NCBI GenBank assembly: GCA_027307335.1
Contig: DAHUXD010000054.1
Location: 4,611 to 68,610, forward strand
Reading direction: 5' to 3'
Length of the DNA: 64,000 nt
DNA from: Acidobacteriota bacterium
GTDB taxonomy: Bacteria > Acidobacteriota > Thermoanaerobaculia > UBA5066 > Gp7-AA6
The position numbers and the translations under genes are program-made. A model generated the notes under the pieces. The model saw nothing but the letters and a program-made list of their open reading frames with translations, was not told the DNA's origin and made no database searches. Below, piece by piece: positions 40,582 to 50,334 of the stretch (position 1 is the first letter of the stretch; every line of letters begins with the position of its first letter).

Positions 40582-41864
40582 CAGGCCGCCCGCTTCCGCC
40601 GGGCTTTCCGGGGCGCGGTCCCGCGGGCCCGGCCGCGGACGTTCCCAACTCTCTTCTTTGCGTGGCTTGTCGCCACGACCTTCTTCGCGTGGCTTGTCGC
40701 CACGCCCTTCTTCGCGCGGCTGTTCGCCACGACCGCCGCCTTGACGCAGACGATCGGGGGCAGGCCTTCCTGCAGGAGCGTCCAGCTCCGCCCCTCGTCC
40801 CGGGATCCGTAGAGCTTGCCGCTCCGCGTGCCGAAGTAGATGCCCGCGGGGTCGAAGGAATCCACCGCCATGGCATCGCGGATCACCGTCTCGAGAGCGT
40901 TCTTCTGCGGCAACCCGCGCGTGAGCGGCTGCCACGACTTGCCGGCGTCGCGCGTGCGGTAGACGCGCAGCTTCCCGTCCGGCGTGCAGCGGAACATGTC
41001 CGAGTGGAGCGGCACGATGTACGCGATGTCCGGATCCTGCGGGTGGATGCCCATGCAGAAACCGAAGTCGGACGGCACGCCGTTCGCGATGTCGGTCCAC
41101 GTATCCCCGCCGTCGTCCGAGCGGTAGAGGCCCCAGTGGTTCTGGAGAAACAGACGGCCCGGCTTCGCGCGATGCTGGACGACCTTGTGGACGCACTGCC
41201 CGAATTCGGGATTCGGATCGGGGAAGTACTCCGCCCGAACGCCCCGGTTGCGGGCCTCCCAGGTCCTGCCTCCGTCGTCGGTGCGGTAGACGCCGCCCGT
41301 CGAGATCGCGATGGTGATCCGGCCCTCGTCGGTGGGGTCGACGAGGATCGTGTGGAGCGCCAGCCCTCCGCCTCCCGGCTGCCACTTCTCGCGATGGGGG
41401 TGCCCCCAGAGGCCGGCGTTCAGCTGCCACGTCTCGCCCGCGTCTCGCGACTCGAACAGCGCCGCCGGCTCGACACCGCAGCAGAGCGTGTCGGGCTCCG
41501 AGGCGCGCCCGGGGGCGATCTGCCAGATGTTCTTCAGGGCTGCGCCGGAGGATTCGGGAAAACGCACGAGGGGCACCTCGGGCCTCTTCCAGCTCTTCCC
41601 GAAGTCGTCGCTCCACGCGAGCTCCGCTCCCCAGTGCATGCTCGAAGGGGCGGCCCAGATGCGTTTCCGTCCCGCCCGCGCGTCGAACGCCGCGCCGTAC
41701 ACCGACGAGCCGGGAAAGAACGGGCCCGCCATGGCCCATCGGCCGCGGCCGGGGCGGGAGGCGAAGAGGAAGAGGCCCTTCATCGTCCCCACGAGCAGGA
41801 GCGCGTCGCCGTCGCGGACGGAAAGACCGGACGAAGTGGGCGTCTGGAGCTTCTTGGCCGGCAT
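40581..41864 (-). CDS. BNR/Asp-box repeat beta-propeller protein with a Lys/Arg-rich repetitive C-terminal tail
   Basis: Several S-x-D-x-G-x-T-W Asp-box motifs (SDDFGKSW, SRDAGETW, TDDGGRTW, SDDGGDTW, TRDAGKSW, SRDEGRSW); stop overlaps the MoaD start by 1 nt. Confidence 0.7.
   Translation of the reverse strand: MPAKKLQTPTSSGLSVRDGDALLLVGTMKGLFLFASRPGRGRWAMAGPFFPGSSVYGAAFDARAGRKRIWAAPSSMHWGAELAWSDDFGKSWKRPEVPLVRFPESSGAALKNIWQIAPGRASEPDTLCCGVEPAALFESRDAGETWQLNAGLWGHPHREKWQPGGGGLALHTILVDPTDEGRITIAISTGGVYRTDDGGRTWEARNRGVRAEYFPDPNPEFGQCVHKVVQHRAKPGRLFLQNHWGLYRSDDGGDTWTDIANGVPSDFGFCMGIHPQDPDIAYIVPLHSDMFRCTPDGKLRVYRTRDAGKSWQPLTRGLPQKNALETVIRDAMAVDSFDPAGIYFGTRSGKLYGSRDEGRSWTLLQEGLPPIVCVKAAVVANSRAKKGVATSHAKKVVATSHAKKRVGNVRGRARGTAPRKARRKRAA
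40653..40733. repeat. Three tandem 27-bp imperfect repeats encoding (AKK-V/G-VATSH)x3 in the tail of the BNR protein
   Basis: TTCTTCGCGTGGCTTGTCGCCACGMCC x3, read from the sequence. Confidence 0.6.
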
Positions 41865-41891
41865 ACCCGGAGTCTACGGGAAAAACGGGAC

Positions 41892-42494
41892 TCAGTTTTC
41901 CGGGAGAGCGAGCCAGCGCGCCCACACCGATTCGACCTGGCGCCGCAGGTCCTCGGGCGAGCCGGCATTGACGATGACATCGTCCGCTCGCCGGGCCGCC
42001 TCCTCGGCCGGGATCTGCGCGGCGATGCGGCGGCGGGCGTCCTCCTCGTTCCCGCCCCTCTCGACCCATCGCCGGACGCGTTCCTCCTCGGGCGCCGTCA
42101 CGAGCAGCACGCGGTCGTATTCGCGCTCGGTGCGCGCCTCGAAGAGGAGGCTCGCCTCGCAGACGGCGACCCGGGCGCCGGCCCACGCCGCCTGGCCGAA
42201 GCGGCGCTCGCGCTCCTCGCTGACGATGGGGTGGATGCGGGCCTCGAGCGCGTGTCGCCTGGCGGGATCGCGGAACACGACCTCCGCGACCTTCGCCCGG
42301 TCGACCGCGCCGGAGGCGTCGAGCACCTCCGCGCCGAAGAGGTCCCGCGCCGCGTGATCGGCCGCGCCGCCGGGCTGGTACAGGTCCCGCACGAGCGCGT
42401 CGGCGTCGAAGACGGCGGCGCCGCGGTCGGCCAGCATCCGCGCGACCGTGGACTTGCCCGAGGCGAGACCGCCCGTCAGGCCGATCCGAAGCAT
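41892..42494 (-). CDS. coaE: Dephospho-CoA kinase
   Basis: IGLTGGLASGKST P-loop. Confidence 0.9.
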   Translation of the reverse strand: MLRIGLTGGLASGKSTVARMLADRGAAVFDADALVRDLYQPGGAADHAARDLFGAEVLDASGAVDRAKVAEVVFRDPARRHALEARIHPIVSEERERRFGQAAWAGARVAVCEASLLFEARTEREYDRVLLVTAPEEERVRRWVERGGNEEDARRRIAAQIPAEEAARRADDVIVNAGSPEDLRRQVESVWARWLALPEN

Positions 42495-42498
42495 GGCC

Positions 42499-43800
42499 TC
42501 ACCGCGACGCTCCCGCGAAGACCTTCCCGCCCTTCATCACCCAGTCGACCTTGGAAAGCACCCCGACGTCCGCGAGCGGATCGCCCGGCGCGGCGACGAG
42601 GTCGGCGTACGCGCCCTTCTCGATCGTGCCGATCTGCCCGGTCATGCCGAGGAGCTCCGCGGCGTTGGACGTGGCGGTGCGGATCGCCTCGATCGGCGTC
42701 ATGCCGAGCCGCACCTCGTGGCCGAACTCCGCCGCCTGGTTGATCTCGGTCCAGGGGAAGCCACCCGCGTCGGTGCCGAAGGCGATCTTGACGCCGGCCT
42801 TCCGCGCGTTGGCGAAGGACTTCGCGAGGATCTTCGGCATCTCGGCCCAGATCCCCCGTCCCTCCTTCGCGCGCGGCTCCGCGACGTACCAGGACACGGT
42901 GAGCGTGGGGCAGAGGAAGATGCCCTTCCGGGCCATCTCGGCGGCGGTCTCGGGGCGGATGGAGTCGCCGTGCTCGATCGAGTCGACGCCCGCGGCGACG
43001 GCCATGCGGACGCCCGTGTCCGAGGTCGCGTGCGCGGCAACCTTCGCGCCGCGCGTGTGCGCCTCCGAGACGACGGCCTCGATCTCCTCCTTCGTCCAGT
43101 TCGGCGGCGAGTCGATGTAGCCGTCGTTCGTCAAGCGGAGCCCGCCGGTGTTGGCGTAGATCTTGACCCAGTCGGTGCCGTAGGAGAGCTGCTCGCGCAC
43201 GGCGCGACGGCAGCCGTCGGCGCCGTCGCACGTCATCACGCCCGTCGGGAACTTCCAGTCCGGCCGGAAGTGGAGGATCGGGTACGTGCCGGTCGTCGAG
43301 AGCGCCGGGCCGACGACCTTGAGGCGCGGACCGGGCACGACGCCCTCGTTGACGGCGTCCCGGATCGCGACGTCGTCGTACCCCGCCCCCTCGGTCTCGA
43401 GGTCGCGCATCGTCGTGAAGCCGTGGGCGAGGCCGATCTGCATCGCCCGGACGGCGCGGACGACCCGGTGCGCGGGGTACTCCTTGAGGATCTGGTCTTC
43501 GTACTCGGCCTCGGTGGCGTCGCCCTGCAGCAGGATGTGCGTGTGGACGTCCGCGAATCCGGGCAGGAGGACCCGGTCGCCGAGGTCCGCCGTCGCGGCG
43601 CCGGGGGGCGCCGCCGTGCCGACCGAGTCGATCCGGTCGCCGACGACGACCACGACCGGATGGTCGACGTAGCGCCCGGACTTCACGTCGAGGAGCCGGG
43701 CCGCCCGGATCGCGATCGGTGGCGGGGCGGGGGGCTCGGCGCCGAGGGCCACGAAGGCGAGGAGCAGGGCCGCACCGGCCGGGACGAGGGCTTTCCGCAT
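42499..43800 (-). CDS. Secreted amidohydrolase-family metal-dependent hydrolase
   Basis: Signal peptide; HxH (DVHTHILLQ) and downstream His/Asp metal ligands. Confidence 0.8.
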   Translation of the reverse strand: MRKALVPAGAALLLAFVALGAEPPAPPPIAIRAARLLDVKSGRYVDHPVVVVVGDRIDSVGTAAPPGAATADLGDRVLLPGFADVHTHILLQGDATEAEYEDQILKEYPAHRVVRAVRAMQIGLAHGFTTMRDLETEGAGYDDVAIRDAVNEGVVPGPRLKVVGPALSTTGTYPILHFRPDWKFPTGVMTCDGADGCRRAVREQLSYGTDWVKIYANTGGLRLTNDGYIDSPPNWTKEEIEAVVSEAHTRGAKVAAHATSDTGVRMAVAAGVDSIEHGDSIRPETAAEMARKGIFLCPTLTVSWYVAEPRAKEGRGIWAEMPKILAKSFANARKAGVKIAFGTDAGGFPWTEINQAAEFGHEVRLGMTPIEAIRTATSNAAELLGMTGQIGTIEKGAYADLVAAPGDPLADVGVLSKVDWVMKGGKVFAGASR

Positions 43801-43884
43801 GGGTGTCCTCCGCGTGTTTCGCCCGAAGCCTATCGCGGCGGGAAAACGGGAATCCGCCGAAAACCTTCCTCCGGAACCGTCGTA

Positions 43885-43903
43885 GACTCTCCTGTAGAGA
43901 GTC
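43885..43903 (+). promoter_or_regulatory. Perfect inverted repeat GACTCTC-N5-GAGAGTC, 13 nt upstream of padR; candidate PadR operator
   Basis: Read from the sequence; PadR regulators bind palindromes overlapping their own promoters. Confidence 0.4.
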
Positions 43904-43916
43904 GAGAGGAGCGAGC

Positions 43917-44246
43917 ATGGCCCCCACCCGGAGCGACCTGCTGCAGGGAACCCTGGACGTCCTGGTCTTAAAGACGCTGTCGAGCGGCCCGATGCACGGG
44001 TGGGGCATCTCGCAGCGCATCCAGCAGGTCTCCGAGGACGTCCTCGCCGTCAACCAGGGCTCGCTGTATCCGGCGCTCCACCGGCTCGAGGAGAAGGGCT
44101 GGATTCACGCCGAGTGGGGCAACTCCGAGAACAACCGCCGCGCGCGGTTCTACAGCCTGACGCGCGCGGGCCGCCGTCAGCTCGCGGAAGAGACGGAGAG
44201 CTGGGAACGCTTCGCGGCCGCGGTGGCCCGCGTGCTCGCGACGTAG
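43917..44246 (+). CDS. PadR-family transcriptional regulator
   Basis: [24 protein letters not shown]...[18 protein letters not shown] winged HTH. Confidence 0.85.
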   Translation: MAPTRSDLLQGTLDVLVLKTLSSGPMHGWGISQRIQQVSEDVLAVNQGSLYPALHRLEEKGWIHAEWGNSENNRRARFYSLTRAGRRQLAEETESWERFAAAVARVLAT

Positions 44247-44256
44247 GAGGAGACCC

Positions 44257-46911
44257 ATGCTGCGCAAGCTCGCCGGCAGTCTCGGCGCCCTCTTCGGGGG
44301 ATCGCGGAAGGAAGAGGAGGTCGACGACGAGATCGCCTTCCACCTCGCCCGGGAGACGGAGAAGAACGTGCAGCGCGGGATGACGCCCGAAGCGGCGCGG
44401 CGGGAGGCGCTCGTCGCCTTCGGCGGCGTGGCGCAGACGAGGGAGGCCTCCCGCGAGGCGCGGCGGGCCGTGCTGCTCGAGACGATCCTCCAGGACCTCC
44501 GGTACGGCTGGCGCACGCTCCGCAAGAGCCCCGGATACGCGACGGCGGCCGTGCTGACGCTCGCGCTCGGCATCGGCGCGAACACCGCGATCTTCTCGGT
44601 GGTGCACGGGGTGCTCCTGCAGTCGCTGCCGTACGGCGGCGGCGACCGCCTCGTCCGGCTGCGCGTGGACGCGCCCGGCGCCGGCATCCAGGACGGCCGC
44701 TTCGCGGCCCCGGAGCTCCAGGACATCCGCACGCTCTCCCGCACGATCGACGGCGTCGTCGAGTACCACTCGATGTTCTTCGTCCTCCTCGGCGGTCCCG
44801 AGCCGCAGCGCGTCGCCACCGCCGTCGTGTCGGCCAACTACTTCGACACACTCGGCGTCACCCCGATCGTCGGGCGCACGTTCCTCCCGGGCGAGGACAA
44901 GCACGGCGCGGAGCCGGTGCTCGTCCTCTCGTACGCCTACTGGATGCGGACGTTCGGCGGCGACCCCTCCGTGGTCGGCCGCGTCTTCCGCATGAACGAC
45001 CGCGCGCACACCGTCATCGGCGTGCTGCCGCCGATCCCGGGCTATCCCGAAGACAACGACGTCTACATGCCGATCTCGGCGTGTCCCTTCCGCTCGGACC
45101 CGAAGATGGAGACCGACCGTTCGATGGGAATGATGCAGGCGTTCGGGCGCCTGAAGCCGGGGGCGCGCTTCGAGGCGGCCCGCTCCGACCTCGCTTCGAT
45201 CGCGGCGCGGATGGCGCACGACCACCCGTCGGACTATCCGGAGTCCGCCCACATGTCGCTGTCGCCCGTGTCGCTGCGCGAGGAGCTGACGCGCCAGGCC
45301 CGGCCCACGTTCCTCCTCCTCTTCGGCACGGTCGGCCTCGTGCTCCTGCTCGCCTGCGCGAACGTGGCGAACCTGTCGCTCGCCCGGCTCGTGCGCCGGG
45401 AGAAGGAGATGGCGCTCCGGTCCGCGCTCGGCGCGGGGCGCGGGCGTCTGCGGCGGCAGCTGCTGACCGAGAGCCTGCTCGTCTCGCTGACCGGCGGCGT
45501 TCTCGGCGTCGCGCTGGCGGCGTCCGGCCGTGGGCTGCTCGTCCACTTCGCGAGGCGGTTCACCCCGCGCGCCAACGAGATCGCGGTCGACGTGCCGGTC
45601 CTGCTCTTCTCGCTCGGGGTGGCGCTCGTCGTCGGCATCGTGCTGGGGGTCCTCCCGGCGTTGTCGCCGCGGCGCAGCCTCTCGGCGTCGCTGCAGGAGG
45701 GCCGGGATGCCTCGGCCGCGACGCCCTCGCGGCTGCGGATGCGGAACCTCCTGATCGCCGGCCAGGTCGCGATCTCGTTCGTCCTCCTCGTCGGCGCGGG
45801 CCTGATGCTGCGCACGCTGTGGAAGCTCTCGCACGTCGACACGGGCTTCCACGCGGAGCGCGTCCTCACGGCGCGGCTCAGCATGAACTTCACGCGGTAT
45901 TCGAAGAACGAGGAGCGGCTCGACTTCCAGGACCGCCTGGTGGAGCGCCTGTCGCACGAGCCGGGCGTCCTCTCGGTCGCGCTCGCCAACAGCTTTCCGC
46001 TGAACGAGGGCGGGCCGAACAACGGCACGTACGACGTCGAGGGCCGGCGCGCGGCGACGCCGGACAAGAAGCCCCGCGCCAACTTCCAGCGCGTCAGCGC
46101 CGACTACTTCAAGACGATCGGCGTGCCCGTGCTCCGCGGACGCGCGATCGCCCTGGCCGACCGGCTCGAGGCGCCGCTGGTCGTGGTCATCAACGACCAC
46201 ATGGCGCGGCACGTCTGGCCGGGCGAAGACCCGGTCGGGAAGCGCATCGAGATCGAAACCGATCCCGGCAAGATGTCTTTCGCCGAAATCGTCGGGGTCG
46301 TCGGCGACGTGCGCCAGTACTCGCTCGCCGAGGCGGCGGGGGACGAGGTCTACTTCTCGATTCGCCAGTTCCCCGGCCTCGGCTCCCTGGTGATCCGCTC
46401 GGACGGGGACCCGCGGCGGCTCGAGCGGATGGTGCGCGCCGCCGTCCATGCGATCGGCCCCGAGCAGCCGGTCGACCGCATCCGCACGCTCGAGGAGGTT
46501 CGCGCCGGGGCGCTCGACACGCAGCGGCTGACCGCGACGCTCCTCCTGATCTTCGCGACGCTCGCCCTCACGATCACCGCCACCGGCATCGCGGGCGTCA
46601 TCGGGTTCTCGGTCGGGCAGCGGCGCCAGGAGTTCGGGATCCGCATGGCGCTCGGGGCGCTTCCGGGCGCCGTGCGCGGGATGGTGCTGCGGCAGGGGAT
46701 GCGGCACGTGACGGCTGGCCTCGCGCTCGGGATCGCGGCGGCGCTGGTGCTCACGCGGCTCTGGTCGAACCTCCTCTACGAGGTCTCGCCGACCGACCCG
46801 CCGACCTTCCTGGCGGTCGCGGTGATGCTCATGGCCGTCGCGGCTCTCGCCTGCTTTATCCCGGCGCGTCGCGCGACGGCGGTCGACCCGATGGTGGCGC
46901 TCCGGGGCTGA
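44257..46911 (+). CDS. ADOP-family ABC permease (duplicated FtsX/MacB-like, about 880 aa)
   Basis: N-terminal [33 protein letters not shown] signature, two FtsX four-helix bundles, C-terminal VDPMVALR. Confidence 0.85.
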   Translation: MLRKLAGSLGALFGGSRKEEEVDDEIAFHLARETEKNVQRGMTPEAARREALVAFGGVAQTREASREARRAVLLETILQDLRYGWRTLRKSPGYATAAVLTLALGIGANTAIFSVVHGVLLQSLPYGGGDRLVRLRVDAPGAGIQDGRFAAPELQDIRTLSRTIDGVVEYHSMFFVLLGGPEPQRVATAVVSANYFDTLGVTPIVGRTFLPGEDKHGAEPVLVLSYAYWMRTFGGDPSVVGRVFRMNDRAHTVIGVLPPIPGYPEDNDVYMPISACPFRSDPKMETDRSMGMMQAFGRLKPGARFEAARSDLASIAARMAHDHPSDYPESAHMSLSPVSLREELTRQARPTFLLLFGTVGLVLLLACANVANLSLARLVRREKEMALRSALGAGRGRLRRQLLTESLLVSLTGGVLGVALAASGRGLLVHFARRFTPRANEIAVDVPVLLFSLGVALVVGIVLGVLPALSPRRSLSASLQEGRDASAATPSRLRMRNLLIAGQVAISFVLLVGAGLMLRTLWKLSHVDTGFHAERVLTARLSMNFTRYSKNEERLDFQDRLVERLSHEPGVLSVALANSFPLNEGGPNNGTYDVEGRRAATPDKKPRANFQRVSADYFKTIGVPVLRGRAIALADRLEAPLVVVINDHMARHVWPGEDPVGKRIEIETDPGKMSFAEIVGVVGDVRQYSLAEAAGDEVYFSIRQFPGLGSLVIRSDGDPRRLERMVRAAVHAIGPEQPVDRIRTLEEVRAGALDTQRLTATLLLIFATLALTITATGIAGVIGFSVGQRRQEFGIRMALGALPGAVRGMVLRQGMRHVTAGLALGIAAALVLTRLWSNLLYEVSPTDPPTFLAVAVMLMAVAALACFIPARRATAVDPMVALRG

Positions 46912-46952
46912 CGAAGGCGCGGCGCGGCGGGCGCCGATGACAGAATGACGCC

Positions 46953-47525
46953 GTGGACGTCGTGAGCGTCGGTCCCTTCCTCGACTACTGGGAGAAGGTG
47001 CGCGGGCGCACCCGGCGCGTCGTCGACGTCATTCCCGCCGAGCGCCTCGAGTGGACGTGGCAGGCGGGCAAGTTCACGCTGGGAGACCTCGTCCGCCACC
47101 TCGCCGGCATCGAGCGGTACATGTACGCCGAGAACGCGCGCCGCCGCCCGTCCCGCTACCCGGGCCACGGCCGCGAGCTCGCGGACGGCCTCGAGGCGGT
47201 CCGCGTCTACTTCGAGCGCTGCCACGCGGAGACCGTCGAGATCCTCCGGGGGCTCTCCGACGCGGATCTGCGCGAGAAGTGCGTGACGCCCGGGGGCGCC
47301 GCGCTCGGCGTCGGCAAGTGGCTGCGCCTGATGGTCGAGCACGAGGTCCATCATCGCGGCCAGCTCTACATGGCGCTCGGGATTCTCGGCGTGCCGACGC
47401 CGCCCATCTACGGCCTGACCTCGGAGGAGGTCCGCGAGCGCTCGCGCCCCGAGGCCGACGCGGGGGAGAACGGGGTCAGGTCTCTCGAAGAGCGGTTTCG
47501 ACCGGCGTCGCGTCAACCGCGGTGA
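46953..47525 (+). CDS. DinB/YfiT-like four-helix-bundle metal-dependent protein
   Basis: HLAGIERYM ... HEVHHRGQL. Confidence 0.75.
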   Translation: MDVVSVGPFLDYWEKVRGRTRRVVDVIPAERLEWTWQAGKFTLGDLVRHLAGIERYMYAENARRRPSRYPGHGRELADGLEAVRVYFERCHAETVEILRGLSDADLREKCVTPGGAALGVGKWLRLMVEHEVHHRGQLYMALGILGVPTPPIYGLTSEEVRERSRPEADAGENGVRSLEERFRPASRQPR

Positions 47526-47591
47526 GGAGCCGGGCGTCTCCGTCCGCGAGGCTAGTTCCTTTCGGCGTGCGGCCCTCGCTCCGCTCGGCCC

Positions 47592-47610
47592 GAACGCCGA
47601 CGCGGCGTTC
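47592..47610. terminator. GAACGCCG-acg-CGGCGTTC hairpin between the convergent dinB-like and histidine-kinase genes (candidate bidirectional terminator)
   Basis: 8-bp perfect stem; no clear U-tract. Confidence 0.3.
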
Positions 47611-47621
47611 CCTCGCCGCGT

Positions 47622-48935
47622 TCACGCCGGGATCCGGAGCCGCGCGATCGATCCGCGGTGACCCTTCCGGTTCTCGAGGGAGAGCGAGCCGCCGTGCGCC
47701 TCGGCGATCTGGCGCGAGAGCACGAGCCCGATCCCGGAGCCGCCCGGCTTGGTCGTGAAGAACGGCACGAAGAGGTTGCTCGTGTTCGGGAGTCCTGGCC
47801 CGTCGTCCGCGACCCAGATCTCGACGCCCTCGACCGCCCGGCGCCAGCCGACCGCGACGCCCCCGCGCGTCTCGAGCGCCGCGTCGGCGGCGTTCTTCAC
47901 CAGGTTGATCAGGAGCTGCTCGAGCTGGTCCGCGTCGGCCGGGATCGTCACGGGCGGGCCGGGGATCACGCCGACGGAAAGGCGCGTCTCGAGCCCCGCG
48001 ACGCGCCTGGCGAGCGGCTCGATCGCCACGGGCGCGAGGCGCGGCGGCGGCAGCTTCGCGAGGCGCGCGTACGCGGTCGTGAACCGCGAGAGCGCCTCGG
48101 CGCGCGACGCGATGATGGCGAGCCCCTGTCGGAGGTCCGTGCGCCAGTCGGGGGGCGGGTCCGGGTTGGCGGCGATCTGCTGCAGGCTTCCCGCGATCGA
48201 CTGGATCGGCGCGAGCGAGTTGTTGAGCTCGTGCCCGAGGACGCGGATCAGCCGCTGCCACGCCTGCCGCTCCTCCTCGCGGAGCGGACGGCTCACGTCG
48301 GCGAGCACGAGGAGGCGGTGCGGCTGGCCACCGAGTCGGAACGCGCTGCGCCGGATCTCCCAGCGGCCCGACCCGCCCGGGAACTGCGCCTCGAGGATGC
48401 GCGGCGAGTGGTCGTCGAGGAACGCGGCGAGCCCGAGCTCCTCCGCGCGGAGTCCCCGCAGCCGCGGCTCCGGCTGGCCGAGCAGGCGCTCGCCGAACCG
48501 GTTCACGAGCTGCAGCAGCCCCGCCTCGTCGAACGCGAAGACGGCGACCTCGATCTCGGCCATGACGCGCGAGAGGAGCGCCGTCGCCTCGAGCGCCCCG
48601 AGACGCTGCTCGCGGAGCGTCTCGGCGAGCGCGTTGACCTCGACGAGCACCTCGCCGAGCGGGTCGTCGGGACGGGCGCCGCGCGCCCGGATCGAGAAGT
48701 CCTCCTCGCGCATGGCCGCGAGCAGGTTCGAGACGGTCTGGAGCGGCCGCACGACCCGCTCGCGGAGCGCCTGCAGGAAGGCGAGCGCCGCGAGGACGAT
48801 GAGGACCGAGAGCGTCCAGCGCACCTTCGGCGTGTAGTCGCCGGTCCACAGGATCGCGAGCGCCGTCGCCGCGGCGGGCAGCGCGGCGGCGCCGGCGAGC
48901 AGGAGGACCCGCCGGTCGTGCGTCAGGGGCTTCAA
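47622..48935 (-). CDS. Sensor histidine kinase (TM, HAMP, HisKA, HATPase)
   Basis: H-box HELNNSLAPI; G-boxes DDGPGLP and GGSGIGLVL. Confidence 0.8.
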   Translation of the reverse strand: MKPLTHDRRVLLLAGAAALPAAATALAILWTGDYTPKVRWTLSVLIVLAALAFLQALRERVVRPLQTVSNLLAAMREEDFSIRARGARPDDPLGEVLVEVNALAETLREQRLGALEATALLSRVMAEIEVAVFAFDEAGLLQLVNRFGERLLGQPEPRLRGLRAEELGLAAFLDDHSPRILEAQFPGGSGRWEIRRSAFRLGGQPHRLLVLADVSRPLREEERQAWQRLIRVLGHELNNSLAPIQSIAGSLQQIAANPDPPPDWRTDLRQGLAIIASRAEALSRFTTAYARLAKLPPPRLAPVAIEPLARRVAGLETRLSVGVIPGPPVTIPADADQLEQLLINLVKNAADAALETRGGVAVGWRRAVEGVEIWVADDGPGLPNTSNLFVPFFTTKPGGSGIGLVLSRQIAEAHGGSLSLENRKGHRGSIARLRIPA

Positions 48936-48944
48936 CGCGAGAAC

Positions 48945-50300
48945 CTACTGACCGTGCTTCTCGAGCCGGCGGTAGAGCGCGCTGCGCGAGATGCCGAGTG
49001 CGCGAGATGCGTGGCTGACGTTGCCACCGTACCGCTCCATGGCCTTGCGGACGAGGAGCGCCTCGACCTCCTCGAGCGAGAGGTCCTCGAGGCGCGTGCC
49101 GTCGGTGCCGCGCTTGAGCGCGAGGTCCGCGGCCCGGATGCGGTCGCCGGTCGCCATGAGCACGGCGCGCTCGACCGCGTGGTCGAGTTCGCGGACGTTG
49201 CCCGGCCAGGAGTGCGCGAGGAGGGCGTCGAGGGCGCCGGGCTCGAAGCCCGGGATCGCCTTGCGGTAGCGGCGGGCGTGGGTGCCGAGGAAGTGCTGCG
49301 CGAGCGCCGGGATGTCCTCGCGCCGCTCCCGGAGCGGCGGAACGGCGATCTCGATCGTGTTCAGCCGGAAGAGCAGGTCCTGGCGGAATCGTCCCGCGGC
49401 CACCTCGGCGCGGAGGTCGGCATTCGTCGCCGAGAGAATCCGCGCGTCGGCGCGGATGGTGCGCGACGAGCCGACGCGCTCGAACTCGCCGGTCTCGAGG
49501 ACGCGCAGGAGCTTGCCCTGCTGCGACGCGGGCACGTTGCCGATTTCGTCCAGGAACAACGTGCCCCCGTGCGCGAGTTCGAAGCGGCCCACGCGGTCGG
49601 CGCGCGCATCGGTGAAGGCCCCCCTGACGTGGCCGAACATCTCGCTCTCGAAGACGCCCTCCGAGATGCCGCCGGCGTTGAGCGTGACGAACGGACGCGC
49701 CGCCCGCCCGGACGCCGCGTGCAGCGCGCGCGCGACCACGGCCTTGCCCGAGCCGTTCTCGCCGGTGATGAGCACGTTCGCGTCCGACGGCCCCACGCGC
49801 GCGATCACGTCGAGGACGGGGCGCATCGCGGGCGACGCCGCGACCATCGCCGGCTCGCTCTCGTGGCGCAGCAGCCGGTTCTCGGCCTCGAGCCGCTCGC
49901 CCCGGCGGAGCGCGCGGCCGAGGGCGATCTGCGTGCGGAGCGTCGCGAGGAGGCGCGCGTTGTCCCACGGCTTCTGCACGAAGTCGCGGGCGCCGCGGCG
50001 CATCGCCTCGACGGCGAGGTCCACCGTGCCCCACGCGGTCATCACGAGCACCGGCAGGTGCGCGTCGAGGTCGCGGATCCGCGCGAGGAGGTCGAGCCCC
50101 TCGGCGCCGGAGGTCGTGTCGCGCGCGTAGTTCAGGTCGATCAGCACGGCGTCGAAGTCGCGCTTCTCGAGCGCGGCGAGCGCCATGGCGGGGGAGGAGG
50201 CGGTCTCCGTCTCGAGGCCCTCGGGCTTCAAGAGCAGCCGCAGCGCCTCGAGCACGTCCCTCTGGTCGTCCGCGATCAGGACCCGGCCCGCGGACCTCAC
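48945..50300 (-). CDS. Sigma-54-dependent response regulator (NtrC/NtrX-like)
   Basis: Receiver VLIADDQRDVLEAL; GENGSGKAVVARALH; GAFTDA; C-terminal HTH. Confidence 0.9.
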   Translation of the reverse strand: MRSAGRVLIADDQRDVLEALRLLLKPEGLETETASSPAMALAALEKRDFDAVLIDLNYARDTTSGAEGLDLLARIRDLDAHLPVLVMTAWGTVDLAVEAMRRGARDFVQKPWDNARLLATLRTQIALGRALRRGERLEAENRLLRHESEPAMVAASPAMRPVLDVIARVGPSDANVLITGENGSGKAVVARALHAASGRAARPFVTLNAGGISEGVFESEMFGHVRGAFTDARADRVGRFELAHGGTLFLDEIGNVPASQQGKLLRVLETGEFERVGSSRTIRADARILSATNADLRAEVAAGRFRQDLLFRLNTIEIAVPPLRERREDIPALAQHFLGTHARRYRKAIPGFEPGALDALLAHSWPGNVRELDHAVERAVLMATGDRIRAADLALKRGTDGTRLEDLSLEEVEALLVRKAMERYGGNVSHASRALGISRSALYRRLEKHGQ

Positions 50301-50334
50301 GCAGCCGCTCCGGGGAGGCGTTCGGCCGCGGGTG

